From positions 96,001 to 160,000 of the forward strand of contig CAVQNT010000002.1 in assembly GCA_963714275.1 (NCBI GenBank): DNA of 64,000 bases, given 5' to 3'. The stretch is from Candidatus Bathyarchaeota archaeon. GTDB taxonomy: Archaea; Thermoproteota; Bathyarchaeia; Bathyarchaeales; DTEX01. Within the stretch, counting starts at the first letter, position 1; each line of letters starts with the position of its first letter. Of this stretch, positions 21,065 to 30,510 are shown one piece after another. The position numbers were made by a program, and so were the translations under genes. The notes under the pieces are model-generated. The model did no database searches, was not told the DNA's origin, and saw nothing but the letters and a program-made list of their open reading frames with translations.

Positions 21065-21562
21065 TTAGATGGTGCTTTCTATTTCCCTTCTGCTCTTGCC
21101 GTCAAGCTTGTAAACGTCTTCTATTTCGTAAACGTTGTCATTGACATCCGTAATGATGACCCTGTCTCCCACGGGTATGATGCTCATCCGCCCTCTGGTC
21201 CGGAAGGTTCGGGCTCCCTTGTCCGTCACTATGTCCCACTCGAACTCATCGCCGCTTGTTTCTATTTTTTCTATCTTCACGACCTTCGGAATGAAGTACA
21301 TCTTGTCTAACACGAACTGCAGGTTCTTCTTGGATTCCTCATCTAGTTCATTATAGTTCCTGACGATGCAGACGTCAGCACCATTACTGTCTCTGAAAAT
21401 GACATATTCAGGATACGTTATCGGGAAAGGTTTGGCGGGAGTCAGATTATCATAAAAATTTCCATCAGCATTCAACTTCAGCGTGTTTTCTTTCTCTAGG
21501 ACGATTTTGACTTTCTTCGGATCGAGAATGTTGAGTTGGCTTAGGAAATCTGCAAGCGGCAC
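21065..21562 (-). CDS. DUF1854-family protein
   Basis: FPITYP..Y, YFIPKV..I, WDIVTDKG and DVNDNVYEI..LD.KSRR pattern; coupled to ABC exporter. Confidence 0.75.
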   Translation of the reverse strand: MPLADFLSQLNILDPKKVKIVLEKENTLKLNADGNFYDNLTPAKPFPITYPEYVIFRDSNGADVCIVRNYNELDEESKKNLQFVLDKMYFIPKVVKIEKIETSGDEFEWDIVTDKGARTFRTRGRMSIIPVGDRVIITDVNDNVYEIEDVYKLDGKSRREIESTI

Positions 21563-21566
21563 ATTT

Positions 21567-23745
21567 TCACCCTCTTTGCATCTGTAGAAGTTTCTGTTCC
21601 TCAGTAAATTGGGCTTGGTAAAGCTGGCTGTACAGTCCGCCTGTTTTCATCAATTCGTCGTGGGAGCCGATTTCGACTATTTTGCCTTTGTCCAATACGA
21701 CGATTCTGTCAGCGTTCTGAAGCGTCGACAACCTGTGCGCAATTATGATGGTCGTTCGTCCCTTAGCTAAATTGTCCATGGCTTCCTGTATCTTTCTTTC
21801 CGTTAAAGTATCCACTGAAGAAGTGGCTTCGTCCAGAACCAGAATCTTTGGCTCTGTTATGATGGCTCTCGCGATTGCGACCCGCTGCCTTTCTCCTCCT
21901 GAAAGCCTCCAGCCCCTGTCTCCAACGTTCGTGTCATATGCAAGAGATTGTTCCATAGCGAATTCGTGAACGTTCGCTGCCTTCCCAGCGGCTATAATCT
22001 CGTCTAAAGTTGAGTTTTGGCGACCGTAAGCAATGTTATAGGAATCGAGCCGTAGAACAGCAGAGGGTCTTGCAGGACCAAGCCGATCTGGGATCTGAGG
22101 CTTGTAGCCTTGATTTTCTTTAAATCTAAGCCATCGACGTAGATGCTGCCTTCAGTTGGATCGTAGAACCGTAAAAGCAGCTTTGTGAAAGAAGTCTTTC
22201 CTGAGCCACTTGGACCGACTATGCCGATTTTTTCTCCCGGCTTGATCTCTAAATCTACATTGCTGAGCACTGGAATGTACGGGTTGTATCCGAAGCTCAC
22301 GTTTTTGCACTTTAGTTCTCCTTTAACTGCATCTCCACGGCGTCAGAAGCGTCTTTTATGTCGGGTTCAACCTGCATGATTTCCAGCACTCTTTCGCTTG
22401 AGGTGATGGCTTGCTGAAGCGGCTCGAAAATCTGGCTTATGGTCTGGATTGGTCCGTAGAACATCCACATGTAACTCACGAATGCAATCAACGAACCAAG
22501 CGTTACGCTGCCTGAAATGACTTCTTTTCCTCCGACCCACCAGATGATGGCTGTGCTCGTGGATAGAGCGAAGCCTATTATGGGGAAAAACTCGATGTTG
22601 AGCCGAGTTATGCTGAGGTTGGCGGCGATTGATCTTTTCATTTTGTCGACTAGGCGGCTGACCTCGAAGTTTTCCTGCGTGAAAGTTTTTACTACAACGA
22701 CGCCTGGGATTGTGTCCCAAAGCAACGAGCTTATGTCCGCCCACCGCCGCCACGACCTGTGGTAGATTTTTCGGGATTTCTTTCGGAACAATGTTATTCC
22801 AACCACGGTTATGGGGACAGGGATCAACGCAAAAACTGCAAGGTACGGATTCATCGTAAAAATGATTATGCCTATGCCTATGATCTGCAGGGAACTGATG
22901 ATCAGGGTCTGCATACCCCACGTAAGGAACCATTGTACTCTGCCGACGTCGTCTGTGACCCTTGACATTACCCGTCCAGAGCTCATCTTGTCGTAGAAGC
23001 CCAGCGAAAGTCCTTGGAGATGCTCGTAAACGTGGATTCTGATGTCGTAAATCACCCTTTGACCAAGGTAACTAAGCGTGTAGCCTTGAGCTGGACCCAG
23101 AACCGTGTTGGCGGCGTAGATGGATATGAAGGCTGTTACAACGAAAAGAAGCGCCTGCGTGTTCTTGTTCACAAAGACATCGTCAATCAGGATTCTGGTC
23201 AAGTAAGGTGGCGTCAGGCTTATCGCCGTAATTACCAACGACAAAACAATTGCCAAAATAGAGTAATAGATGTGTGGCTTCAAATGTCCCATAAGCCACT
23301 TCACAGTCTGGCTTTTTTTGAAACCGTTTTTCTTGGTCAGGAAGTAACCGAGAATGTCCGCGTCGAAGGCTTCGGGCTTAATCTCCTGTTTGGCGATCTT
23401 GTCAATGAGCTTTGCTGCGTTGTGGAACTCTTCGAGATGTGCACGTGAAAACCTTATGACCGCTGTTTCTCCTTCGACTGTTTCGACAAAAATCTCCGCG
23501 TTGCCCACGTAATCCTTAACGGTCACTGAACGGATGGACGCGAGAGGAATTTTTAGGGTATGGTTTGTCGCTGGGTTAACAGTGATGACATTGCCCTTTG
23601 TCAGTATGAGCCATCTTTCGCCAAAGTTTCCGTTCTCGTCTATGTCGCTTAAAACGTAGTATATTGGGGGTTCGCCTTCGTGAAGGATGGAGTTAAGCAG
23701 ACTGGTTACTTGTTCAGGAAGTTTCTCTTCCTCTATCACACTCAA
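21567..23745 (-). CDS. ABC exporter (TMD+NBD) with N-terminal extra domain; frameshifts near 22312 and 22042
   Basis: Three consecutive ORFs give TMD, Walker A GPSGSGKT, signature LSGGERQR and DEATSS. Confidence 0.9.
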
Positions 23746-23891
23746 AGCCTTCCACGTATGTTTTTCAGCGGAAAATCCAGCTCCCGTATTAAAGTGTTTC
23801 GCCTTTTATGCTGCTAGCTTAGGCGGGATATAAGACTGTTTAACAGTCATGCATATGTTCAGCTAACATTCTAGTAGGCATCTTAAAAGAC

Positions 23892-24953
23892 CTAGATTGT
23901 TTGGACGTTTGAGGCTTTGAATGCTAAGTAAACTTCCATGCCCAAATTCAGCTTCAATTCTGCGAGGGACCGTTTCGTAATCTGGACTGTGAAAGGGTTC
24001 CCAACGTCAACCGTGACTTTTGCAACGTTGCCTGCGTCCGTGATCTCGGTTATTCTGCCTTTGAGAACATTCCTTGCGCTTGATCTGAATTTTTTTCTTG
24101 AGATGATTATTTCTTTTGGGTCAACGAAAACCGAGATTTTTCCAGTCTGCATTTCCGTCATCTCTATCTGGATGCTGTTCCCCACGTCCACAATAGTTGT
24201 GCCGTTAGCGGACGGATTTGCGTAACCAACGAAAGTGTTGTCCACGGCTGCGAAGCTTGCTAGAGTTCTTGAGAGACTCGAAAAAACCTCAGCGGAGGTC
24301 CCCGTTTCCTTTATTGCGCCGTTCTGCAATAACGCAATTCTGTGAGGTAGGGTTCGAGCTTGGAAAATGTTGTGCGTAGCCATCACGAACGTTGTCTTGG
24401 ACGTGCGGTTAACGGACCCAATTATGTCTTCTATGATCGAAGCGTTTCTCGGGTCAAGATTTGCAGTTGGCTCGTCAAGAAGAACGAGTTTGGTTTTTAG
24501 CGCCAACGCCCTTGCCAAAGCGACCCTCTGCTGTTCACCGCCTGAAAGATTTTTTGCAGCCCTTTTTTCGAACCCTTCCAGTCCCACTAGCCTTAACACT
24601 TCTTCAACTTCTTTCCGAATTTGGCTTTCAGGCATTCTTCTCAGCCTTAGACCATAAGTGATGTTCTTGAAGACCGTTGTGTCGAAGACCACTGTTTTCT
24701 GGAAAACCATAGTAGCCTGCATCCGCGTCTGCTGCATGTTTTTTTCCGTCACTTTTTCTCCGTTATAGTACACTTCGCCGTTTGTAGGGTTCTCAATCAA
24801 AGCCATAATTTTCAGAAGCGACGTTTTTCCTGAACCGCTGGGTCCAAGTAAAGCGAAAATTTCGCCTTCATCGATCCCCAGATTAACGTTGTCAAGCGCC
24901 GAGATTCCGTTAAAAGCCTTCGAAACATTCTTTAGTTCAACGATTAAGCCCAC
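23892..24953 (-). CDS. tupC: Tungstate ABC transporter ATPase with TOBE domain
   Basis: GPSGSGKT, LSGGEQQR and C-terminal SSARNVLKG TOBE motif; operon context. Confidence 0.85.
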   Translation of the reverse strand: MGLIVELKNVSKAFNGISALDNVNLGIDEGEIFALLGPSGSGKTSLLKIMALIENPTNGEVYYNGEKVTEKNMQQTRMQATMVFQKTVVFDTTVFKNITYGLRLRRMPESQIRKEVEEVLRLVGLEGFEKRAAKNLSGGEQQRVALARALALKTKLVLLDEPTANLDPRNASIIEDIIGSVNRTSKTTFVMATHNIFQARTLPHRIALLQNGAIKETGTSAEVFSSLSRTLASFAAVDNTFVGYANPSANGTTIVDVGNSIQIEMTEMQTGKISVFVDPKEIIISRKKFRSSARNVLKGRITEITDAGNVAKVTVDVGNPFTVQITKRSLAELKLNLGMEVYLAFKASNVQTI

Positions 24954-25663
24954 TTTCTCCTCCTCTGCAAAAAGTTAACTGTAAGGGTTATGCCGAACAC
25001 CACTATGAACAGAATTATGGCGAGTGCAATGCTGAGCTCTAAGATGCCTTTGTTTGTTTCATTCGCAATAGTTGTCGTGAGGACGCTTGTGAATCCTGAA
25101 ATGTTCCCTCCGACCATTTGGGCAACCCCTAACTCCGCGACTGCGCGGTTAAAACTTGACACAGTTGCAAGTATAACCCCGTCTAAGGCTTCTCTGAAAA
25201 CGGCGAAAAAAGCTTGGTCTTCAGATGCGCCTAAGGTCTTCGCCAAATCCTCAATCTCTGAACTTACGGCTTCCAAAGCGTTGGCGGAGAAGCTTACAAC
25301 AATTGGCGATACCAAAATAGCCTCACCGATTATTATCGCCGTTGGAGTGTAGAGCAAATGTAAGAAACCAAGTATGCCAGTCCTGTGAATGAACAGGTAG
25401 AGAATTAAGCCTAAACCTACAGTGGGTATGCCGATTAGAGCGTTGAAAAACCCTTTTATAAACAGTTTTCCACGAAAGTCTTTGAGTCCCAAAAGCACCG
25501 CGATCGGGATTCCCCACAAAACCGCTATGAGCACAGCTGCCCCAGAAATGTACAGTGAACGAAGAGCGACATCAAGAACAGTGGGGTCTCCGGAGATGAT
25601 GAGCTGAAAGGCTTTTTCTAACCCCTCTACTAATTTGTCCAATTCATCGTCGCCATTCATCAA
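24944..25663 (-). CDS. tupB: Tungstate ABC transporter permease
   Basis: GIPTVGLGL, LLYTP.A, AELGVAQMVGGNI and VLTT.I..E motifs. Confidence 0.9.
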   Translation of the reverse strand: MMNGDDELDKLVEGLEKAFQLIISGDPTVLDVALRSLYISGAAVLIAVLWGIPIAVLLGLKDFRGKLFIKGFFNALIGIPTVGLGLILYLFIHRTGILGFLHLLYTPTAIIIGEAILVSPIVVSFSANALEAVSSEIEDLAKTLGASEDQAFFAVFREALDGVILATVSSFNRAVAELGVAQMVGGNISGFTSVLTTTIANETNKGILELSIALAIILFIVVFGITLTVNFLQRRRKWA

Positions 25664-25683
25664 CTATGAATTGGCGGACCCTA

Positions 25684-26685
25684 TTAACTGTAAAGGTCAT
25701 CTTGGTTATAGCGATACGCAGGTGGACACTCTGTTCCGTTGATGAAGGCGTAATCCATAATCCACTGGGCAATTTGGCTAGTTGAATTCTGCTTTAGAAG
25801 CTGAACAGTGCCATAAAACAGGCTTTGACCGTATTCGGATACCCCGTAGTTTTCTATCATACTTTGCCCTTCATCGGACACCAAGTATCTTATGAAGGTC
25901 ATTGCATCTCGAAAGTTTATCGATGAATGAAGAGTCTGGTTTGCAGCAATAGACGGCTTCACAGCGATCACGCTGTAGACGTTCAGTAAATCTTTACCCT
26001 GCGTTGCAAGCGGCACGAGGCTTATTTGCCCCTGTTTGGAGTACGCGAGGTACGTTCCCATGTCTGTAAGCGTATAGCCGAGGTACTCGTCAGCCATCAT
26101 GAGAGTTTCGCCCATTCCACCTTGTCGGCTAACATACCAAGGTTCCTCTGACAAAAGTGTATAGTTAAAGCCAGCCTTTTTCCAAAGACTTTGTTCTTTC
26201 GTGTGCGTGCCTGAGCCGTCGCCTCTTGAAACCCAAATGTAGCCTGTTTGGTTCCTTCCATAATTCACTATTTGCTGTAACGCCACGATGGGGGTTGTCC
26301 CGTTTATGTGAGCTGGATTCGTAGCTGGTCCGACTATTGCGAAGAAATTGTATGCAACGATCTTCCTGCAGATACCAACTCCATCTGTGAGAAAGGTCGT
26401 CTCCAACGAGGGCGAATGCACAAGTACGACATCTGCGTCTCCGCTCTCGGCATGTTGTATTGCTAAGCCTGTTCCTGCAGATATGAGGCTGATGTCCACT
26501 GGATATTTTTTCCCGAAATCCTCTTTCAATGCGTCCAATAGCCCAGTGTCATAAAGGCTTGTTGTTGTTGAAATTATGAGCCTTCTTGTGGCGAAATATT
26601 CTAGATAAATCCATGAACTTGATATTATGAGGATTGTCATTATTGATGCTACCAAAATTATTTTCCTTATAGTTTGCACGTTCAA
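25684..26685 (-). CDS. tupA: Tungstate ABC transporter substrate-binding protein
   Basis: STTTSLYDTGLL, GTG.A and SRGDGSGTH.KE motifs. Confidence 0.92.
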   Translation of the reverse strand: MNVQTIRKIILVASIMTILIISSSWIYLEYFATRRLIISTTTSLYDTGLLDALKEDFGKKYPVDISLISAGTGLAIQHAESGDADVVLVHSPSLETTFLTDGVGICRKIVAYNFFAIVGPATNPAHINGTTPIVALQQIVNYGRNQTGYIWVSRGDGSGTHTKEQSLWKKAGFNYTLLSEEPWYVSRQGGMGETLMMADEYLGYTLTDMGTYLAYSKQGQISLVPLATQGKDLLNVYSVIAVKPSIAANQTLHSSINFRDAMTFIRYLVSDEGQSMIENYGVSEYGQSLFYGTVQLLKQNSTSQIAQWIMDYAFINGTECPPAYRYNQDDLYS

Positions 26686-26750
26686 TCACCGTTATGCATA
26701 GCCATCTATTTCGGCAACATGATTTATAAAACTTACCGTCGTAATCGTAG
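26686..26750. promoter_or_regulatory. Divergent tupA/modE promoter region
   Basis: 65-bp divergent intergenic with palindromic TTTATAAA TATA box; no convincing full ModE palindrome seen. Confidence 0.4.
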
Positions 26751-27089
26751 ATGATGAAAAATAATAGAATCACGCCCGTCTGCAAAATCTGGTTCGAAAC
26801 AAACGGAAAACCATTTCTCGGAAAGGGCGGGGCACAAATCCTCGAAGCGATAAGAAACGAGAAATCCGTCTCGAAAGCAGCGAAGAAACTAGGAATGTCG
26901 TACCGCTACGTGTGGAACTACGTGGACCGCATGAACACGGTTCTCGGCGAACCCGTCGTCAAGGCTTACCGCGGCGGAAAACAGGGAGGCGGAGGAGCAA
27001 ACCTGACAAGCCTAGGCGAAGAACTGCTTCAGGAATACAGGCGAATAGAAAGGCACATGAACGAAGCGTTATCCGACGAACCGTGTTAA
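26751..27089 (+). CDS. modE: ModE-family wHTH molybdate/tungstate regulator (DNA-binding domain only)
   Basis: LGKG...SVSKAAKKLGMSYRYVW...RGGKQGGGANLT. Confidence 0.88.
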   Translation: MMKNNRITPVCKIWFETNGKPFLGKGGAQILEAIRNEKSVSKAAKKLGMSYRYVWNYVDRMNTVLGEPVVKAYRGGKQGGGGANLTSLGEELLQEYRRIERHMNEALSDEPC

Positions 27090-27191
27090 TAGGCTGAAAG
27101 GCGCACTTACAGACAATTTTCGCCATATTTTATAGGAGAAATTCCTTACAGCCCAAAAACCAAAACAAACAAGAACAAATTATCCCAAAAA

Positions 27192-27285
27192 ACAGAACAA
27201 ACGCCTCACAATACGGATTATTTTTCGCAAACCTCTGGTTTGTTGTTCGAAATTGAAACTCGGTTGTTGAACAAATCAGACCAGA
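27192..27285 (+). repeat. Dispersed intergenic repeat, copy A (core 27236-27285)
   Basis: TGGTTTGTTGTTCGAAATTGAAACTCGGTTGTTGAACAAATCAGACCAGA; 46/50 identical to reverse complement of 56300-56349. Confidence 0.85.
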
Positions 27286-27403
27286 TAAATCCATTATAAC
27301 CGATGATGGAATGATAAAACCTTTTTTGTGGTTTCTCTCCCAAAATCCAATATACGTGTTCAGCAGAAACAATTTCACAAAACTAATCACCTAAGTGTTG
27401 TGC

Positions 27404-28396
27404 ATGAAAAAATTAAAAATCGGCATGATTGGCTGCGGAGGAATCGCGGGAGTTCACGCTGAAAGGCTTAAAATATTACCAGAAGTTGTAATGGCAGCTT
27501 TTGCTGACATAAACGTGGATAACGCAAAGTCCTTTGTGCAAAAGTACAAAGGCACGTCATACAGCGACTGGCACAAAATGCTGGACAAAGAAAAACTTGA
27601 TGCTGTCTACATTTGTTTACCGCCGTTCGCTCACACGGACGAGGTTGAGCTGGTTGCGGAGAAGGGCATCCATGTCTTCATCGAGAAGCCCGTAGCGTTG
27701 AACATGAAACTGGCAAGAAGCATGGTTGCAGCAATTGAAAAGCACGACGTTAAAAGCCAAGTTGGATACTGCCAAAGGTTCAGCTGCAGCGTCGAAGAAG
27801 CCAAACGCCTCATCCAAAGCGGAGAAGCAGGATTCCCCGGACTAGCCGTAGGATGGTACTGGTGCCACTTTCTAGGAGGAGAATGGTGGAGAAACAAAAA
27901 CAAAAGCGGAGGACAAATCGTTGAACAGTCCACACACATTTACGATGCGTTTCGCCACCTGTGCGGAGATGTCGACGAAGTTTACGGACAAAAAAACATA
28001 AAGTTCTGGACCGACATTCCCGACCTAACCACCGAAGACGTAAGTAGCACGACATTCAGGTTCAAATCGGGCGCAGTTGGGTCAATCTCCGCTACTACAT
28101 GGGGTGCTAATTCTCAATGGTGGTTCCGCTGGCTGATTGCGGCGAAAAACTACACGATGTCCTCTGAAGCCAGCAACACTTTGAACCTTTACTCAACTAT
28201 GAACGCTGGGGAACCAAAAACCCTTACTGAAGAAAGGGAAGTTTACCTTCTTGAGTCCAAAGACTTCGTTCAGGCGATACTGAAAGACAAGAAAACAAGG
28301 ATTCCAATTCATGAAGGCGTAAAAACGTTGGAGTTCACCCTTGCCGCCCGCGAATCAATGGAAAAAGGGAAACCCGTTAAACTACCATTAACATAG
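27404..28396 (+). CDS. Gfo/Idh/MocA family oxidoreductase
   Basis: GMIGCGGIA, HVFIEKP and SGGQIVEQSTHIYD. Confidence 0.92.
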   Translation: MKKLKIGMIGCGGIAGVHAERLKILPEVVMAAFADINVDNAKSFVQKYKGTSYSDWHKMLDKEKLDAVYICLPPFAHTDEVELVAEKGIHVFIEKPVALNMKLARSMVAAIEKHDVKSQVGYCQRFSCSVEEAKRLIQSGEAGFPGLAVGWYWCHFLGGEWWRNKNKSGGQIVEQSTHIYDAFRHLCGDVDEVYGQKNIKFWTDIPDLTTEDVSSTTFRFKSGAVGSISATTWGANSQWWFRWLIAAKNYTMSSEASNTLNLYSTMNAGEPKTLTEEREVYLLESKDFVQAILKDKKTRIPIHEGVKTLEFTLAARESMEKGKPVKLPLT

Positions 28397-28404
28397 GAAG
28401 GTGA

Positions 28405-29211
28405 TTGACGATGAAGAAAGGCGTTAACGCTTGGATTTACCCTTCAGACTACAAAATTGACAAGATTCTCGAAGTCTCCGCCCAAATAGGGTTTGAAGGA
28501 GTCGAGCTGAACCTCGACGAGGAAATCCTGAAGATGCTGAAAACAGAAAGAAAAGCAGTAGCAGAGAAAGCAGCGTCGCTGGGGCTTGAATTGCCTAGTC
28601 TGTGTTCCGGACTATTTTGGAAGTATAACCTCGCAAGCCCAGATGAGAAGATACGAGCAAAGGGGACAGACGTCATAAAGAAGGGATGCGAGTTCGCAGC
28701 TGACATAGGCGCCTCGGTGCTGCTTGTGGTCCCGGCAGTGGCAGTTCCAGAGGTCACGTATCAGCAAACGTGGGAGTGGTCTAGGCAAAGCATTTCAGAA
28801 GCCATTCCAACGGCTAAGGCGTGCGGAGTATCCATCGGCATCGAAAACGTGTGGAACAGGTTCCTTTACAGTCCACTGGATTTCAGAAGGTTCATTGAGG
28901 ATTTTGATTATCCAAATGTGAAGGCGTACTTTGACGTTGGAAACATGCATTTCCTTGGCTTTTCGGAGCAGTGGATAAGATACCTCTCAGGCTTGATGGC
29001 ATGTGTCCACATTAAAGATTTCCATCGCCCCACAATGCAGTTCAAACCTCTGCTCGAAGGCGATGTCCCATGGTCAGAAGTGATGAAGGCGCTACGAGAA
29101 ACAGGTTACAATGGCTTCCTGAATGTTGAGCTCTCTCCGTATCCCGGTCACCCATTAAAGTCAGCCATGGACAGCAAAGCAGCATTGGACATTATTCTTT
29201 CGATGACATAA
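28405..29211 (+). CDS. Sugar phosphate isomerase/epimerase (xylose-isomerase-like TIM barrel)
   Basis: GIENVWNRFL.SP, YFDVGN, HIKDF and GDVPW. Confidence 0.9.
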   Translation: MTMKKGVNAWIYPSDYKIDKILEVSAQIGFEGVELNLDEEILKMLKTERKAVAEKAASLGLELPSLCSGLFWKYNLASPDEKIRAKGTDVIKKGCEFAADIGASVLLVVPAVAVPEVTYQQTWEWSRQSISEAIPTAKACGVSIGIENVWNRFLYSPLDFRRFIEDFDYPNVKAYFDVGNMHFLGFSEQWIRYLSGLMACVHIKDFHRPTMQFKPLLEGDVPWSEVMKALRETGYNGFLNVELSPYPGHPLKSAMDSKAALDIILSMT

Positions 29212-29297
29212 CCTAAATCAAAAAAGTTTAAGCTGTTTCCCTGTCTTCACTTTTTCTTGGCTTACTTAGGCTTAATAGGGTCTTTGCCCTTGCTAAT

Positions 29298-30497
29298 ATG
29301 AGGGACCTAGCTTTGAACAGGGAAAAAAGGAGACAAGTCCCAGAGGAGATGCCGCCGGGCTTTCGTGAACGTTACTTCTCTCTTTTCTCAGGTCCTGAAC
29401 CTGAAACGTTGCACGCTGACCTCTACCAAAGGCTGATTGATGATGGCACAGACGAAATTATCAAGCAGCTGAAAGCCTACAATCAAAACCGAAAAAAACT
29501 TGCGCAAAAATTTCGTGAAACAATAAAAGTCAAAAAACTTAAACAAGACGAAAAAGCAGCAAGCATACGGGTCGTAGCCTCCGACGCTGGATACAACGGC
29601 GTCGACCTGAGGTCCGCTTATCTGCCGCTCTATGCTTCTGCAGCTGTTGTCACTGAAGGGTGGACCATAACCGATGAACCTGACTACAAAGCAGGCGACC
29701 CAGACGTATGGTCAGACGAGTTCAGACCACAAGACAGAGAGTCTCTTTTGGCCACGAAAATTCAGTACGAAATTACAGAAGAAGCCGTGGAGCACTGGGA
29801 ACCGAAACTCGTAATTTTCGACGGCACGTTGGCTATGCATTTTCTGATGCTGCCTTCAGCAGGATTTTCGAAAGATTACCGTCGAGATGCGGATGAAACC
29901 CTAAGAAGCGCTGTTAGCCTGCTGCAAACTTGTTACATGAGAGGTATACCTATTGTGGGGTTTGCGAAAAGAACACGGATGACCCAGATCTGCAGGTCCT
30001 TAGGAGAGTCCAAGATGAGGGACACGGCGCTTTTGGACCTCGTTCTCAATTTGGGCGATTGCACTGAACCTGAGGCTAAGCCGACTAGAGGATATGTCAT
30101 TAACAATTACAGGAAAAAAGCTGAGGAGTTCGGTGTGCCAGCTTCCACGATTCCCAAAATCACGAACTTTTACTCTTCTTATATAAGAACTGGATTAACA
30201 ACTCCTTTTAGACTAGAGGTTCCGGAGTACTGCCTTGACCGTTTGGAAGAAATCGGGACAGTGTTGTACACGACTTCGGAGGAGGAGAACGGGATGCCTT
30301 TCGCCATCTGTGAGGCTGACCGACTCACAAAAGTGACCACAAGCGTCTCGAACATAAGAACCTTAATGATATATTCTAAGGCGTTGGACCTTGTCGAAAA
30401 AGGAGAAATGGATATGAAGGATTTAACAATGTTAGCCCTGCAACACGGGGAACCGTGGGCTATCAACGACGGAGAAACCATGTCAGGGATGACATAA
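29298..30497 (+). CDS. nurA: NurA-domain nuclease
   Basis: VASDAG, IFDGTL, GFAKRT, FRLEVP and GMPFAICEAD motifs; adjacent to HerA. Confidence 0.8.
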   Translation: MRDLALNREKRRQVPEEMPPGFRERYFSLFSGPEPETLHADLYQRLIDDGTDEIIKQLKAYNQNRKKLAQKFRETIKVKKLKQDEKAASIRVVASDAGYNGVDLRSAYLPLYASAAVVTEGWTITDEPDYKAGDPDVWSDEFRPQDRESLLATKIQYEITEEAVEHWEPKLVIFDGTLAMHFLMLPSAGFSKDYRRDADETLRSAVSLLQTCYMRGIPIVGFAKRTRMTQICRSLGESKMRDTALLDLVLNLGDCTEPEAKPTRGYVINNYRKKAEEFGVPASTIPKITNFYSSYIRTGLTTPFRLEVPEYCLDRLEEIGTVLYTTSEEENGMPFAICEADRLTKVTTSVSNIRTLMIYSKALDLVEKGEMDMKDLTMLALQHGEPWAINDGETMSGMT

Positions 30498-30510
30498 TGA
30501 GGATAAGGCG

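Noticed and set aside
26686-26750. ModE operator palindrome
   Set aside because: Only a CGTTATG half-site is visible, with no matching inverted half
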